This document shows positions 34,761 to 43,719 of a stretch of DNA of 64,000 bases, piece after piece (position 1 is the stretch's first letter; each line of letters starts with the position of its first letter). The translations under genes were made by a program, and so were the position numbers. Where the stretch lies: contig NZ_JBQNAZ010000007.1 of the NCBI RefSeq assembly GCF_052170195.1, positions 21,948-85,947 of the forward strand, read 5' to 3'. The notes below the pieces were generated by a model, which did not search any database, was not told the origin of the DNA, and saw only the letters and a program-made list of their open reading frames with translations. Source of the DNA: Tannerella sp. (GTDB taxonomy: Bacteria > Bacteroidota > Bacteroidia > Bacteroidales > Tannerellaceae).

Positions 34761-35786
34761 ATGGCCGGAAAAGAAGCGACGTACGAAGAAATCTGCCGAG
34801 ACATCAAGGCTAAAAAATTCAGCCCCATCTATGTGTTGATGGGGGAAGAACCTTATTTTATCGATCGGATTTCGGAATTACTTCTGCAATGTGTACTCAA
34901 TGAATCGGAGCGCGATTTTAACCAGATTATTCTGTATGGAGCTGATACGAAAGCGGTCGATATCATCAATGCCGCCCGACGCTTCCCGATGATGTCCGAG
35001 TATCAATTAGTCATCGTCCGGGAGGCGCAATTGGTTGCCAATATCGATTTGCTGACCAACTATGCCAAAAATCCGCTTGCTTCGACTATTCTCGTGATCG
35101 AATATAAATATAAAAAGCTGGATGGGCGTAAAAGCCTGAGTGCTGCAGTTGCGAAAACAGGCGTTCTGTTCGACTCGAAAAAGATTCCGGACTATAAAAT
35201 CGAAGATTATATCTCATCGGTGCTTCGTGAACGTGCTTTCGAGGCAGATCGCAAGGCGGCGGCCATGTTATCCGAATATCTGGGAAACGATCTGTCTTTG
35301 CTTCACCAAACCTTGGATAAACTGCGGATTCTTGTGACAGATTCTCCCGAAAAAAAAATCACTCCAGAGCTGATCGAAAAAAACGTAGGCATCAGTAAGG
35401 AATACAATAATTTTGAATTGCAGCGAGCGATCGCCGATAAAGATGTGTTGAAAGCGAATCGTATAGCACGCTATTTTGAACAAAATCCGAACAGTCATCC
35501 TATTCAGGCAACGCTTCCTGTGCTGTTTAACTATTTCTCCAACCTGCTGATCGGTTATTATTCCAAAGATCGCTCGGAAAGAGGACTGATGAATGCCCTG
35601 AATCTGCGTTTCCCCATTCAGGTAAAGGATTATCAGAGCGGTATGAGGAATTATAGCGCAATGAAAGTTTTTCAGGCGATTCATGAAATTCGGATGGCAG
35701 ACGCCCGATCGAAAGGAATTGACGTGACCTCGTCTATGACACAGGGCGAAATCATGAAGGAGTTATTGTATAAGATTATGCATTGA
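34761..35786 (+). CDS. holA: DNA polymerase III subunit delta
   Basis: 341 aa. SPIYVLMGEEPYFIDRISE... and LVIVREAQ fit delta-subunit N-terminal domain architecture. Confidence 0.8.
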   Translation: MAGKEATYEEICRDIKAKKFSPIYVLMGEEPYFIDRISELLLQCVLNESERDFNQIILYGADTKAVDIINAARRFPMMSEYQLVIVREAQLVANIDLLTNYAKNPLASTILVIEYKYKKLDGRKSLSAAVAKTGVLFDSKKIPDYKIEDYISSVLRERAFEADRKAAAMLSEYLGNDLSLLHQTLDKLRILVTDSPEKKITPELIEKNVGISKEYNNFELQRAIADKDVLKANRIARYFEQNPNSHPIQATLPVLFNYFSNLLIGYYSKDRSERGLMNALNLRFPIQVKDYQSGMRNYSAMKVFQAIHEIRMADARSKGIDVTSSMTQGEIMKELLYKIMH

Positions 35787-36030
35787 CACCTTACGGAAAT
35801 ATCAGAACATTTTTCTTCTTTTTTCCTATCACGACCTTTTATCTTCTTTCCCTAATTTGTATAGGGAGCAAATACAAAGTAAAATGCCCTGCCGGCATCG
35901 TATAGTTTCAGTATGCCGGTTTCCCAATTTGTCTGTTCTTCGACTGTCGAGAGATAGTAAAACTCATTATCAGGAACGCCTTGCATCTAAAAAGGTACAA
36001 GGTTATTCTTGAGGAAAAAATCACAACAAT

Positions 36031-36042
36031 ATACAATTGTAT
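36031..36042. promoter_or_regulatory. perfect palindrome ATACAATTGTAT
   Basis: 12-bp perfect dyad. It shares the 10-bp core TACAATTGTA with 36415-36428. Confidence 0.35.
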
Positions 36043-36414
36043 TTTTTATACAGCCAATTATCGGAGTGTATACAACCATAAACCTGTAAAAATGATTATA
36101 AATGTATATTTTGAATGATTTATATATGTTTTTGATCAGATGTAAATTCTTTTCGGTATATAATTATTTCCTATAAACAATCGTATACCCGCAGATAAAC
36201 ACATGAGTTTATAATCCGTTAATATTAATATATCCAGTATTTTAATATGATTAAAAAGAAGTGATACTTTAGATTTAAACTTGCTAATTGTATGGGAAGA
36301 GTTATATTGTAGGAATTTACTTTATATAAGGTATTATATTAATCTTATTATCAATATTTTTATACTTTAATTTGAAGTTTTGATTTAATAGATAAAAGAA
36401 GTTTACATATCCTT

Positions 36415-36428
36415 TTTACAATTGTAAA
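36415..36428. promoter_or_regulatory. perfect palindrome TTTACAATTGTAAA
   Basis: 14-bp perfect dyad about 80 bp upstream of the -7 box at 36509. An imperfect relative, ATACAGTTGTAAAT, starts at 36451. Confidence 0.4.
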
Positions 36429-36508
36429 TACACATCAATATATCAATGATATACAGTTGTAAATTATTAGAAATTACAAATGTTATTTGTCTAACAGAAT
36501 TTATTGTT

Positions 36509-36516
36509 TATCTTTG
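36509..36516 (+). promoter_or_regulatory. -7 box (TATCTTTG) upstream of the HTH gene
   Basis: TAtcTTTG lies 77 nt upstream of ATG 36593. Confidence 0.4.
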
Positions 36517-36592
36517 TATATTCTTTAGATACTAATAATATACAAAACAGAATAAAATAATATACCAATAACGATTAATCATGTAGTAGTTT

Positions 36593-37060
36593 ATGAATGA
36601 AAAAGATCGAATCATGCTGATTATGAATCAAAAGCAGCTTTTGCCATCGCAATTTGCCGAGATAATCGGAATTCAGCGAGCAGCAATGTCGCATATTACA
36701 TCAGGACGAAACAACCCGAGCTTAGATGTATTAAAAAAGATTTTGGAACAGTTTCCCCATATCAGCCCGGATTGGTTGTTATTCGGTACGGGACCGATGA
36801 ACCGTCCCGGATCAGGGCCTGCTTCTGTAAACGAGAAACAGGAAGCTCCGAACTTGTTTACTCATGTATCGGATGTGAAAACAGATGTAAAGAAGGTTCC
36901 GATAAATCCCACCGAAACAAAGTTGCCTGAACCGGTAGAGGTTAAGTCTTCATTAAAAGATATTTATATTCCTCCTCAAACTCCTACAAAGGAAATACAA
37001 CGGATCATGGTCTTCTATTCGGATAATACGTATGAGTCTTTTGGGCCGGAAAAGAAATAA
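36593..37060 (+). CDS. XRE-family helix-turn-helix protein with disordered C-terminal half
   Basis: LLPSQFAEIIGIQRAAMSHITSGRNNPSLDVLKKILEQFPHISPDWLLFGTG is the HTH_3/19-like domain. The tail is Pro/Glu/Lys-rich. Confidence 0.75.
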   Translation: MNEKDRIMLIMNQKQLLPSQFAEIIGIQRAAMSHITSGRNNPSLDVLKKILEQFPHISPDWLLFGTGPMNRPGSGPASVNEKQEAPNLFTHVSDVKTDVKKVPINPTETKLPEPVEVKSSLKDIYIPPQTPTKEIQRIMVFYSDNTYESFGPEKK

Positions 37061-37062
37061 AA

Positions 37063-37102
37063 AGCCGTCTCTTTATGCTGAGATATGAGACGGCTCCTTT
37101 TT
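37063..37102 (+). terminator. rho-independent terminator of the HTH gene
   Basis: Stem AGCCGTCTC / GAGACGGCT followed by a T5 run. Confidence 0.7.
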
Positions 37103-37238
37103 CAAAAAATAATTGTAAATAGACTTGTACCTAAAAATAATAGATTTGTATCATAACTGATTTTCTATTGTTTATGCGAATCTCTATTGCTTTTTAACAG
37201 GGCGTTTACATTTGTAAATTTCCAATATCTATACTATA

Positions 37239-37817
37239 TTATACTTTGGTAGCAATTTCGTATCCGGCTTGCAATGCTTTCAGGTTTACGGATACGATCT
37301 CATCTCCTTTACGTCCGAAAATCGAACGGATCCCGTCGGCAATTTTTTCATAGTCGATACGGAGGAACGGTGTGGCAGCTCCCAGCATAACCATATTCGC
37401 CGTGCGTGGAGAGCTGATTTCCTTGGCGACGGTTTCAACATCAAGCAGTACTTTATGCGGCAACTTATTTAGTTCTGCCATGACCTTTTCCATCTCCGGA
37501 TAGTTCGGGATATTCGTATAAGGCTTGGTGTTGGTGACTAACCAGCCGTCTTTATTCAGATACGGTAAATAGCGCAGCGCTTCCATCGGTTCGAGCGAGA
37601 TGATCAAATCGGCTTGTCCGGTAGGAATCAAGTCGGAGGCTATGGGTTTGTCGGAGAGGCGCAGATTAGACTGCACGTCTCCTCCACGCTGGCTCATACC
37701 GTGTACTTCCGATTGCTTCATGTATAACCCATCTTTCAAAGCGGCTTCGCTGATAATGGCGGCAATAGATAATATGCCTTGTCCGCCTACTCCCGATAAT
37801 ATAATGTCTGTTTTCAT
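37239..37817 (-). CDS. iorB: indolepyruvate:ferredoxin oxidoreductase subunit beta
   Basis: MKTDIILSGVGGQGILSIAAIISEAALKDGLYMKQSEVHGMSQRGG is the gamma-type domain of 2-oxoacid:ferredoxin oxidoreductases. It lies directly downstream of iorA. Confidence 0.88.
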   Translation of the reverse strand: MKTDIILSGVGGQGILSIAAIISEAALKDGLYMKQSEVHGMSQRGGDVQSNLRLSDKPIASDLIPTGQADLIISLEPMEALRYLPYLNKDGWLVTNTKPYTNIPNYPEMEKVMAELNKLPHKVLLDVETVAKEISSPRTANMVMLGAATPFLRIDYEKIADGIRSIFGRKGDEIVSVNLKALQAGYEIATKV

Positions 37818-37818
37818 G

Positions 37819-39411
37819 TTATTTTGCTTTTTTCTTTCTTGCCAATGTCTGAATACATTCCCGGCACGGTATTAATACCGAAACGCCACGATATTCGATT
37901 TCTTCGCGGATGATGTTTTTCATCTCTTCATAGTTCTTTTTCAGCGGTACCATGACGCGAATATGTTCCGGTGCGACGCCGATGCCCGCACAAATAGCCT
38001 GAATGCGTCCCGTGCCGGCCGAATCTTGTCCGCCGGTCATGGCCGTAGTTTCATTGTCGGAGATCACAATCGTTACGTTACTGTTGGCATTGACGCAATC
38101 CAGTAGTCCGGTCATTCCCGAATGGGTGAACGTGGAGTCGCCGATTACGGCAACTGCCGGAAATACTCCCGCATCCGATGCACCTTTGGCCATCGTGATA
38201 GAGGCCCCCATATCGATACAGCTATCGATCGCACGGAAGGGAGGCAATGCCCCCAGCGTGTAACAACCAATATCGCCGAAAACTTTCGGCTCCTGATATT
38301 CTTTCAGCACTTCATTCAGGGCGTTGTACATATCCCGATGTCCGCATCCCTGACATAGTGCCGGAGGACGCTGTTCCACAATATCCGGAATCGTATAATA
38401 GCATTTCACCTTCTTTCCCAGAGCTTTTCCGACTGAGTCCGGTGTCAGTTCCCCGTCGCGCGGAAGGGTGCCATCGAGCCGGCCCCGAACGTTCAGTCCT
38501 TTGCCCGTAAAACCTTTCAGCCACTCTTCGACCACAGGATAGCCTTCTTCGAGCAAGAGCAATTCATCACATTCGGAGGCTATTTTCTCAATCTGTTTCT
38601 TTGGCAGCGGATATTGACAGATTTTCAGTACCGGATGCTCAAATCCATCGGGATAATTTTCCGAAAGATAGTTAAAAGCAATGCCCGTCGTGATGATGCC
38701 CCGTTTTTTATCGGGCCCGTCGAAATAACGGTTATATTTCGACTCTTCCGAAGCAGTCGTCATCAAATCTTGTGCGGCCAGCAGCTGTTTATAACGTTGA
38801 CGCGCCAGAGCCGGCAGCAGGGTAAACCGCAGCCTGCCGTCGGGCAGGCAATGCATTTTGTTCTCCGGACGGGCGGGACGAACCGTAACCCCTGAGCGAG
38901 AATGTGCCATACGTGTTGTGATACGCAGCAGAACAGGGTATCCTAATCGCTCGGATAACTCGAATCCATCGTAAACCATATCATACGCTTCCTGCTGATT
39001 AGACGGTTCCAGCATCGGAATCATCGCGAACCGTCCGTATACACGATTGTCTTGCTCATTCTGTGAGGAGTGCATCGACGGGTCATCGGCCGAAACGATT
39101 ATCATACCTCCGTTGACACCGCTCATGGCGGCATTCATGAAACAATCGGCTGCCACATTCAGACCGACATGTTTCATACAACAAAGCGAACGCTTTCCGG
39201 CGTAACTCATTCCCAAAGCTGCTTCCATAGCTGTCTTTTCGTTCGTACACCAGCGACTGTGTATGTTTCTTTCACGTGCGACGGCCGATTGCTGAATGTA
39301 TTCGGTAATCTCCGTCGAGGGTGTGCCCGGATATGAATATACTCCGGATAGTCCGGCGTCGATAGCAGCCTGAGCAATGGCCTCGTCGCCCAAAAATAAT
39401 TTCTTTTCCAT
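37819..39411 (-). CDS. iorA: indolepyruvate:ferredoxin oxidoreductase subunit alpha
   Basis: 530 aa. LFLGDEAIAQAAIDAGLSGVYSYPGTPSTEI..., a TPP-binding region (GDSTFTHSGMTGL) and Cys motifs (CQGCGH; CRECIQ). Confidence 0.88.
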   Translation of the reverse strand: MEKKLFLGDEAIAQAAIDAGLSGVYSYPGTPSTEITEYIQQSAVARERNIHSRWCTNEKTAMEAALGMSYAGKRSLCCMKHVGLNVAADCFMNAAMSGVNGGMIIVSADDPSMHSSQNEQDNRVYGRFAMIPMLEPSNQQEAYDMVYDGFELSERLGYPVLLRITTRMAHSRSGVTVRPARPENKMHCLPDGRLRFTLLPALARQRYKQLLAAQDLMTTASEESKYNRYFDGPDKKRGIITTGIAFNYLSENYPDGFEHPVLKICQYPLPKKQIEKIASECDELLLLEEGYPVVEEWLKGFTGKGLNVRGRLDGTLPRDGELTPDSVGKALGKKVKCYYTIPDIVEQRPPALCQGCGHRDMYNALNEVLKEYQEPKVFGDIGCYTLGALPPFRAIDSCIDMGASITMAKGASDAGVFPAVAVIGDSTFTHSGMTGLLDCVNANSNVTIVISDNETTAMTGGQDSAGTGRIQAICAGIGVAPEHIRVMVPLKKNYEEMKNIIREEIEYRGVSVLIPCRECIQTLARKKKAK

Positions 39412-39449
39412 GCTATTCTATTTTTTATAACAATGCTTGCAAATTGCGA

Positions 39450-39457
39450 CAAAGGTA
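39450..39457 (-). promoter_or_regulatory. -7 box (TACCTTTG) upstream of iorA
   Basis: Plus strand CAAAGGTA, which is TAccTTTG on the minus strand, 39 nt upstream of ATG 39411. Confidence 0.5.
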
Positions 39458-39482
39458 CGACTTTATGCGACTTGACCAAATT

Positions 39483-40523
39483 TCAGTAAATGCCCCGCCG
39501 ATTTAATTCTTCCTGATAACGTCGGGCATTCTGATTATGCTCCGTGAGGGTCGATGCGAAATTATGTCTGCCTGAAAAATCTTCCTTGGCGCACATATAT
39601 AAATAATGATGTTTCTTGTAATTCAGGACGGCATCCAGCCCCTGAATAGACGGTATCCGCAACGGCGCAGGAGGTAATCCGCCGTACATGTAGGTATTGT
39701 AGGGGGAGTCGATCTCTTTGTGTCTGTTTAAGACCCGTTGGATCGTAAAATCCCCCAGAGCATACTTGACGGTCGGATCGGCCTGAAGATATATTCCTTT
39801 ATATAAGCGGTTAAGATACAGTCCTGCAATTGTCGGATATTCATCGGTTACAGCCGATTCTTCTTCCACAATCGAAGCGAGCACCGCGACTTCGAGCGGC
39901 GAGAGACCGATCCGCGCAGCTTTGTTGCGACGGGCATCCGTCCAGAATGCAGCGTATTCGCGTTTCATCCGTTGCATCAGTTTCTCGGCCGAGATATTCC
40001 AGTATACCTCATACGTATTCGGGATAAACATCGCTTTGATGGTTGGAGGCGTGAACCCCATCGACCGGCAGTAATCGGAATCGTTCATTAGCTTCATCAA
40101 CTCATGGCTTTCGATCATCAACTGTTGAGACAGACGGTCGGTAAGGTCTTGCTTCATCCGGATATTGTTAAACGTAACTCGCACGGGAGTCTGATACCCT
40201 CGCCGCAGGTTTTTCAAGAGGTCGTAGTTACTCATTCCCCGAGTGACGGCGTATCGCCCGGTATTCATCTTTCCCGGATATTTCAGTAAGCGTGCGGCTT
40301 GTCTGAATGTGCGGATATCGCTGCATTCGGCCGAATCTTCCAGTTGCCGGCACAAGTCTTTATAATCCTTGTCGGGGTATATGTAGACGTAAGCCGTTTT
40401 TTCCGGCATGAAGTTGGGCGAAAAAAAGAAATATGCTCCGCAGCCAATCCCCGATAAAATCAGCAGAAGGATACCGGAACATACGATCCATACCACCCGT
40501 TTGAACCATTTTGATTTGCTCAT
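39483..40523 (-). CDS. mltG: endolytic peptidoglycan transglycosylase MltG (YceG-like)
   Basis: N-terminal TM (VVWIVCSGILLLILSGIG). ASIVEEES, LQADPTVKYAL, YNTYMYGGLPPAPLRIPS. ATG 40523 is preferred to the track TTG at 40550. Confidence 0.85.
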   Translation of the reverse strand: MSKSKWFKRVVWIVCSGILLLILSGIGCGAYFFFSPNFMPEKTAYVYIYPDKDYKDLCRQLEDSAECSDIRTFRQAARLLKYPGKMNTGRYAVTRGMSNYDLLKNLRRGYQTPVRVTFNNIRMKQDLTDRLSQQLMIESHELMKLMNDSDYCRSMGFTPPTIKAMFIPNTYEVYWNISAEKLMQRMKREYAAFWTDARRNKAARIGLSPLEVAVLASIVEEESAVTDEYPTIAGLYLNRLYKGIYLQADPTVKYALGDFTIQRVLNRHKEIDSPYNTYMYGGLPPAPLRIPSIQGLDAVLNYKKHHYLYMCAKEDFSGRHNFASTLTEHNQNARRYQEELNRRGIY

Positions 40524-40761
40524 AGATATTTTCCTGTTGTTGTAAAACAACGGTAAAGATACGTCATTCGACAGGAAAAATAAAAAAACAGTTCCTGATC
40601 CTGAATTTTTAACATATCGCCATGCAGCGTTTTCAATCTTTTTTGCATCATCTATTAAAAACTTTTTATCGTAATATCATGTTTAAATCACTAACTTTAC
40701 CGATGAAATCGAAGATTCTTATATTACGATACGAAATAAATAACTTTAAAAACAAAGAAAA

Positions 40762-41337
40762 ATGAAACGAATAGTTTTGATTTTGAGTGTATTTATAGGC
40801 ATAATGGCATGTCAGCAAGAAGATGGTCCTAAAATCAGCGACAAGTATCAGGAGCTGTTTAAGCTCTCCAAGGAAACAGAAGATGGGATTACATCATCCG
40901 ACGAGTACAAATCATTGAAGAAGAGTTTATCCGGATTTGCTCAGTATAAGGAGTATTATGCAGCACATGGCAAAGCATATCAAAAAGGTTACTCTTCGAC
41001 GGTTGATAAAGAAGCGGATCGAATGGCTTGTGTTGAATACCTGATGGGGCAAACGGCCTTTTTATCGGGATTACACTCCAGTCAGCGGAAAGAGCTTCTA
41101 TGTTTGTCGCTGGATAAGCAGAAAATCAAATTTGAGGACAAGGATAGCGCTCCATTTACGACGAGGCAGACGGGACTGCAACTGATTATTCGATTATTAT
41201 CCATAGAAAAAGAAGATACCATATTAAAAGCTCTTTCCGACTATTGCGGCACACACGAATTCCGGTACGGGATCTATAACGACAAAGCGTTCAATGATTT
41301 TTTAATCAGTCAAATCTCAAAGAATTGCAAGAAATAA
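40762..41337 (+). CDS. hypothetical lipoprotein
   Basis: 191 aa. Lipobox VFIGIMACQ. Lower-GC gene. I recognise no family. Confidence 0.5.
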   Translation: MKRIVLILSVFIGIMACQQEDGPKISDKYQELFKLSKETEDGITSSDEYKSLKKSLSGFAQYKEYYAAHGKAYQKGYSSTVDKEADRMACVEYLMGQTAFLSGLHSSQRKELLCLSLDKQKIKFEDKDSAPFTTRQTGLQLIIRLLSIEKEDTILKALSDYCGTHEFRYGIYNDKAFNDFLISQISKNCKK

Positions 41338-41397
41338 GTCCGTTTATTGACTGAATATTGCCGAGGCATACGATATACATCATAAATTTTATATCCG

Positions 41398-41778
41398 ATG
41401 AAAACTTTTGCTTTTAAGTCGTTTGTTACAATGTGGGTTTGCTTGCTTCCGTTTATTTCCGGATGCAAAAAAGACAATGAATCTTCCCTCGATAAGTTAA
41501 ATGTTTCAGTATGTGACGCTAAAAAACCGCAGTGGTTAGAAAAGGAAATCGCTTCCATTATACTCCGATCTTCAATATACAGGCCGACTCGTATTCTCGT
41601 CTATAGAGGCCCGGAAAAGGAAATCATAGCTATCGAAGATTCGACGAATTCGAGTATGGAACAGCAGCTTCGTTTTTTTGACTGTGCCGGAAACAAGGTA
41701 GCATTTAAAAGTGCCGAATATAATTCGTGCGTAGAAAAATGGAAGCGTCGCGAGTTTTCGTTATTATGGACGAATTAG
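41398..41778 (+). CDS. hypothetical lipoprotein
   Basis: 126 aa. Lipobox LLPFISGCK. Lower-GC gene. I recognise no family. Confidence 0.5.
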   Translation: MKTFAFKSFVTMWVCLLPFISGCKKDNESSLDKLNVSVCDAKKPQWLEKEIASIILRSSIYRPTRILVYRGPEKEIIAIEDSTNSSMEQQLRFFDCAGNKVAFKSAEYNSCVEKWKRREFSLLWTN

Positions 41779-41802
41779 GTTTGGGTATTGTAGCAAATAT
41801 CA

Positions 41803-42209
41803 TAAACCACCTATTAAGGATACGTTCCGAACGTATTTTGGGTACGTTTGGAACGTCATTTAGGGTATTTCCGAATTATATTTCGGGTAGTTCGGAACCT
41901 GATTTGGGTACGTTCCGAACCTAATTCAGATACGTTCTGAGCTACCCTGTGATACGTTCGGAACGTATTTCAGGTACGTTCCGAACCACCCGTCGATACG
42001 TTCCGGACGTACCTAAATATCCCTCCGAACCACCCGGAATCAGGTTCCGAACAGGTCATAATCTATTTCCAAACAGTATTAAATACCCCTCGGAACGTAC
42101 CGAAATACCGTTCTGAACGTACCTGAATATCTTTTTGGACGCACCCGAATACCGTTTGGAACGTATCGAAAGATCCTTCCGAACCCGTTAGAACCTGTTA
42201 CCGAACGGA
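41803..42209. repeat. 22-bp-periodic array B (19 units), homologous and collinear with array A
   Basis: Cores start at 41803 (degenerate), 41825, 41847, 41869, 41891, 41913, 41935, 41957, 41979, 42001, 42023, 42045, 42067, 42089, 42111, 42133, 42155, 42177 and 42199, exactly 22 bp apart. Confidence 0.9.
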
Positions 42210-43367
42210 CTATTTCTTTGCTTTATACTTCATGACAACGAGCACGGGATTCGCATCTTCGTCCAATTGTGCGGCAATGTCCTTGAGTGGGCCTTTCAGC
42301 TCATCTTTTTCATACGCTTCAACAAGCTGATCGGCTGTCAGTATATTGAATGCCGCGATTGTGCCGTTTACAGGGTTTGAATTCATATTCACTTCATGCT
42401 TGTCGTAATCGGCATTGAATACGGTCGCGCGGTATAGGGCTTTTTCTTCCGTATCATACATCAAATCGGTTCTTGGAAATCCATTTCCGGTCGTGAAATC
42501 AAATTCTTTCTTAATCGTTTGCAGAAAATAATAACGGTCGGTCATCGTGCCCATCGTAAGGAGTATCTGAGGATCTTCGGAGGCGGTTTTTACTAAAAAC
42601 GGACGGATGGTGTTTCCTTCCGACAAATAAACCGTATCGGTCGATGTTTCGATAAGCAGAAACTTGTCGTGCCAAGGCACTATCGATTGGATGGTATTTA
42701 TAGCAATGCCTTCTTTCTGTATAAGAGGCGCTTTGACAATTTCGAAAGGAATCGGAATCTTCCGTGTCACGCTCCCGTCCTGCTTCGAAATAATGGCGTG
42801 AGAGGACCGGCCTTCCGAAGGCATTCCTTCCTTATAGTATATGGACATGTCATAGCTAATCAGATGTTCCCTGTCATAATTGAAGAGAACCGAATACGAA
42901 GCGCTGTCCGCGTGGTTGAAACTCCGTTTGAAACGACCTTCCAAGTCATACACGAATATTTTCCTCATGGGCATGCAATTGACAAACATTTCGTCATTGG
43001 CTTCGTCCAGTACGATTCGGTAGATGGATGTATATTCTTCGGCTCCTTGTCCTTTTCTGTTTATTTTTCTGATGCCTTTTCCCGTTTGTCGGTCAAAGAG
43101 AAAAATATCGCCGTCGGGTGTTCGGTTTTTGGCTAAAATGTACCGGTCACCGATGTCCAGCACATAGCCTTGGGTGATGAATTCATCGCTCGTTTCGAGC
43201 GGAATATATTCCACTTCCAGAATATCCTGAAGCATCAGTTTTTTCTCCGGATAATCGGCATGCACATCGACTGTGATGATCCCGGTTTCTTTTTCTTGAT
43301 GGCTGTTTCCACATCCGGCACATAAAGCCATTAGAAAGACGGATGCAATGATTTTTTTTCCTTTCAT
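42210..43367 (-). CDS. 6-bladed beta-propeller-type lipoprotein (BF3164-like family), function unknown
   Basis: MKGKKIIASVFLMALCAGCGN has a lipobox. The start ...VDVHADYPEKKLMLQDILEVEYIPLETSDEF resembles the Bacteroides 6-bladed beta-propeller lipoprotein family as I recall it. ATG 43367 was chosen. Confidence 0.6.
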   Translation of the reverse strand: MKGKKIIASVFLMALCAGCGNSHQEKETGIITVDVHADYPEKKLMLQDILEVEYIPLETSDEFITQGYVLDIGDRYILAKNRTPDGDIFLFDRQTGKGIRKINRKGQGAEEYTSIYRIVLDEANDEMFVNCMPMRKIFVYDLEGRFKRSFNHADSASYSVLFNYDREHLISYDMSIYYKEGMPSEGRSSHAIISKQDGSVTRKIPIPFEIVKAPLIQKEGIAINTIQSIVPWHDKFLLIETSTDTVYLSEGNTIRPFLVKTASEDPQILLTMGTMTDRYYFLQTIKKEFDFTTGNGFPRTDLMYDTEEKALYRATVFNADYDKHEVNMNSNPVNGTIAAFNILTADQLVEAYEKDELKGPLKDIAAQLDEDANPVLVVMKYKAKK

Positions 43368-43683
43368 GATATTTCTTGTTTTGATCGTTGTGTGCGCAAA
43401 GATAACAAGTTTTTGCGGAGTCGGCAGTCTTTGTGAATGCATAAATTCAGATTTTCTCAAGATATTTTGCCCACCTCCCAAAGATGAAGTATAAGGTGGA
43501 AATTGAAAGAATTACCGGGCATAAGAAGTATTGAGGGGGGAGCGAATTATAGATATGTAAGGAAATGAGTTCAGAGAGGAATTTTGGTCGCTTTGCAAGG
43601 AATGTTTTTGTCATTTAACAAACACTTGAGAAGAAGTAATAATCACTTAGGCCTAAATGATAGGTTTTAATTAAAAAATCATG

Positions 43684-43691
43684 TACCTTTG
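43684..43691 (+). promoter_or_regulatory. -7 box (TACCTTTG) upstream of ftsY
   Basis: TAccTTTG lies 29 nt upstream of ATG 43720. Confidence 0.5.
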
Positions 43692-43719
43692 TAGCCAGAA
43701 CATATATTATTAGTAAGCA

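Larger units (their letters stand above)
35787..36592. other. ~800-bp AT-rich non-coding island
   Basis: No ORF of 60 aa or more on either strand in the track. Composition is visibly much more AT-rich than the neighbours and it contains several TACA-ATTGTA-type palindromes. Confidence 0.7.

Noticed and set aside
35787-36592. Replication origin (oriC) in the AT-rich island.
   Set aside because: I found no DnaA-box-like TTATCCACA or TGTGGATAA sequences by eye, and no dnaA or dnaN nearby. gyrA is 23 kb away, which is not informative.
24514-42209. The two same-orientation arrays as boundaries of a 17-kb composite mobile element or island.
   Set aside because: The intervening genes are core housekeeping genes in conserved Bacteroidota synteny (gldDE, ssb, mutY, HU, rng, holA, iorAB, mltG). 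No integrase, transposase or conjugation genes are present.
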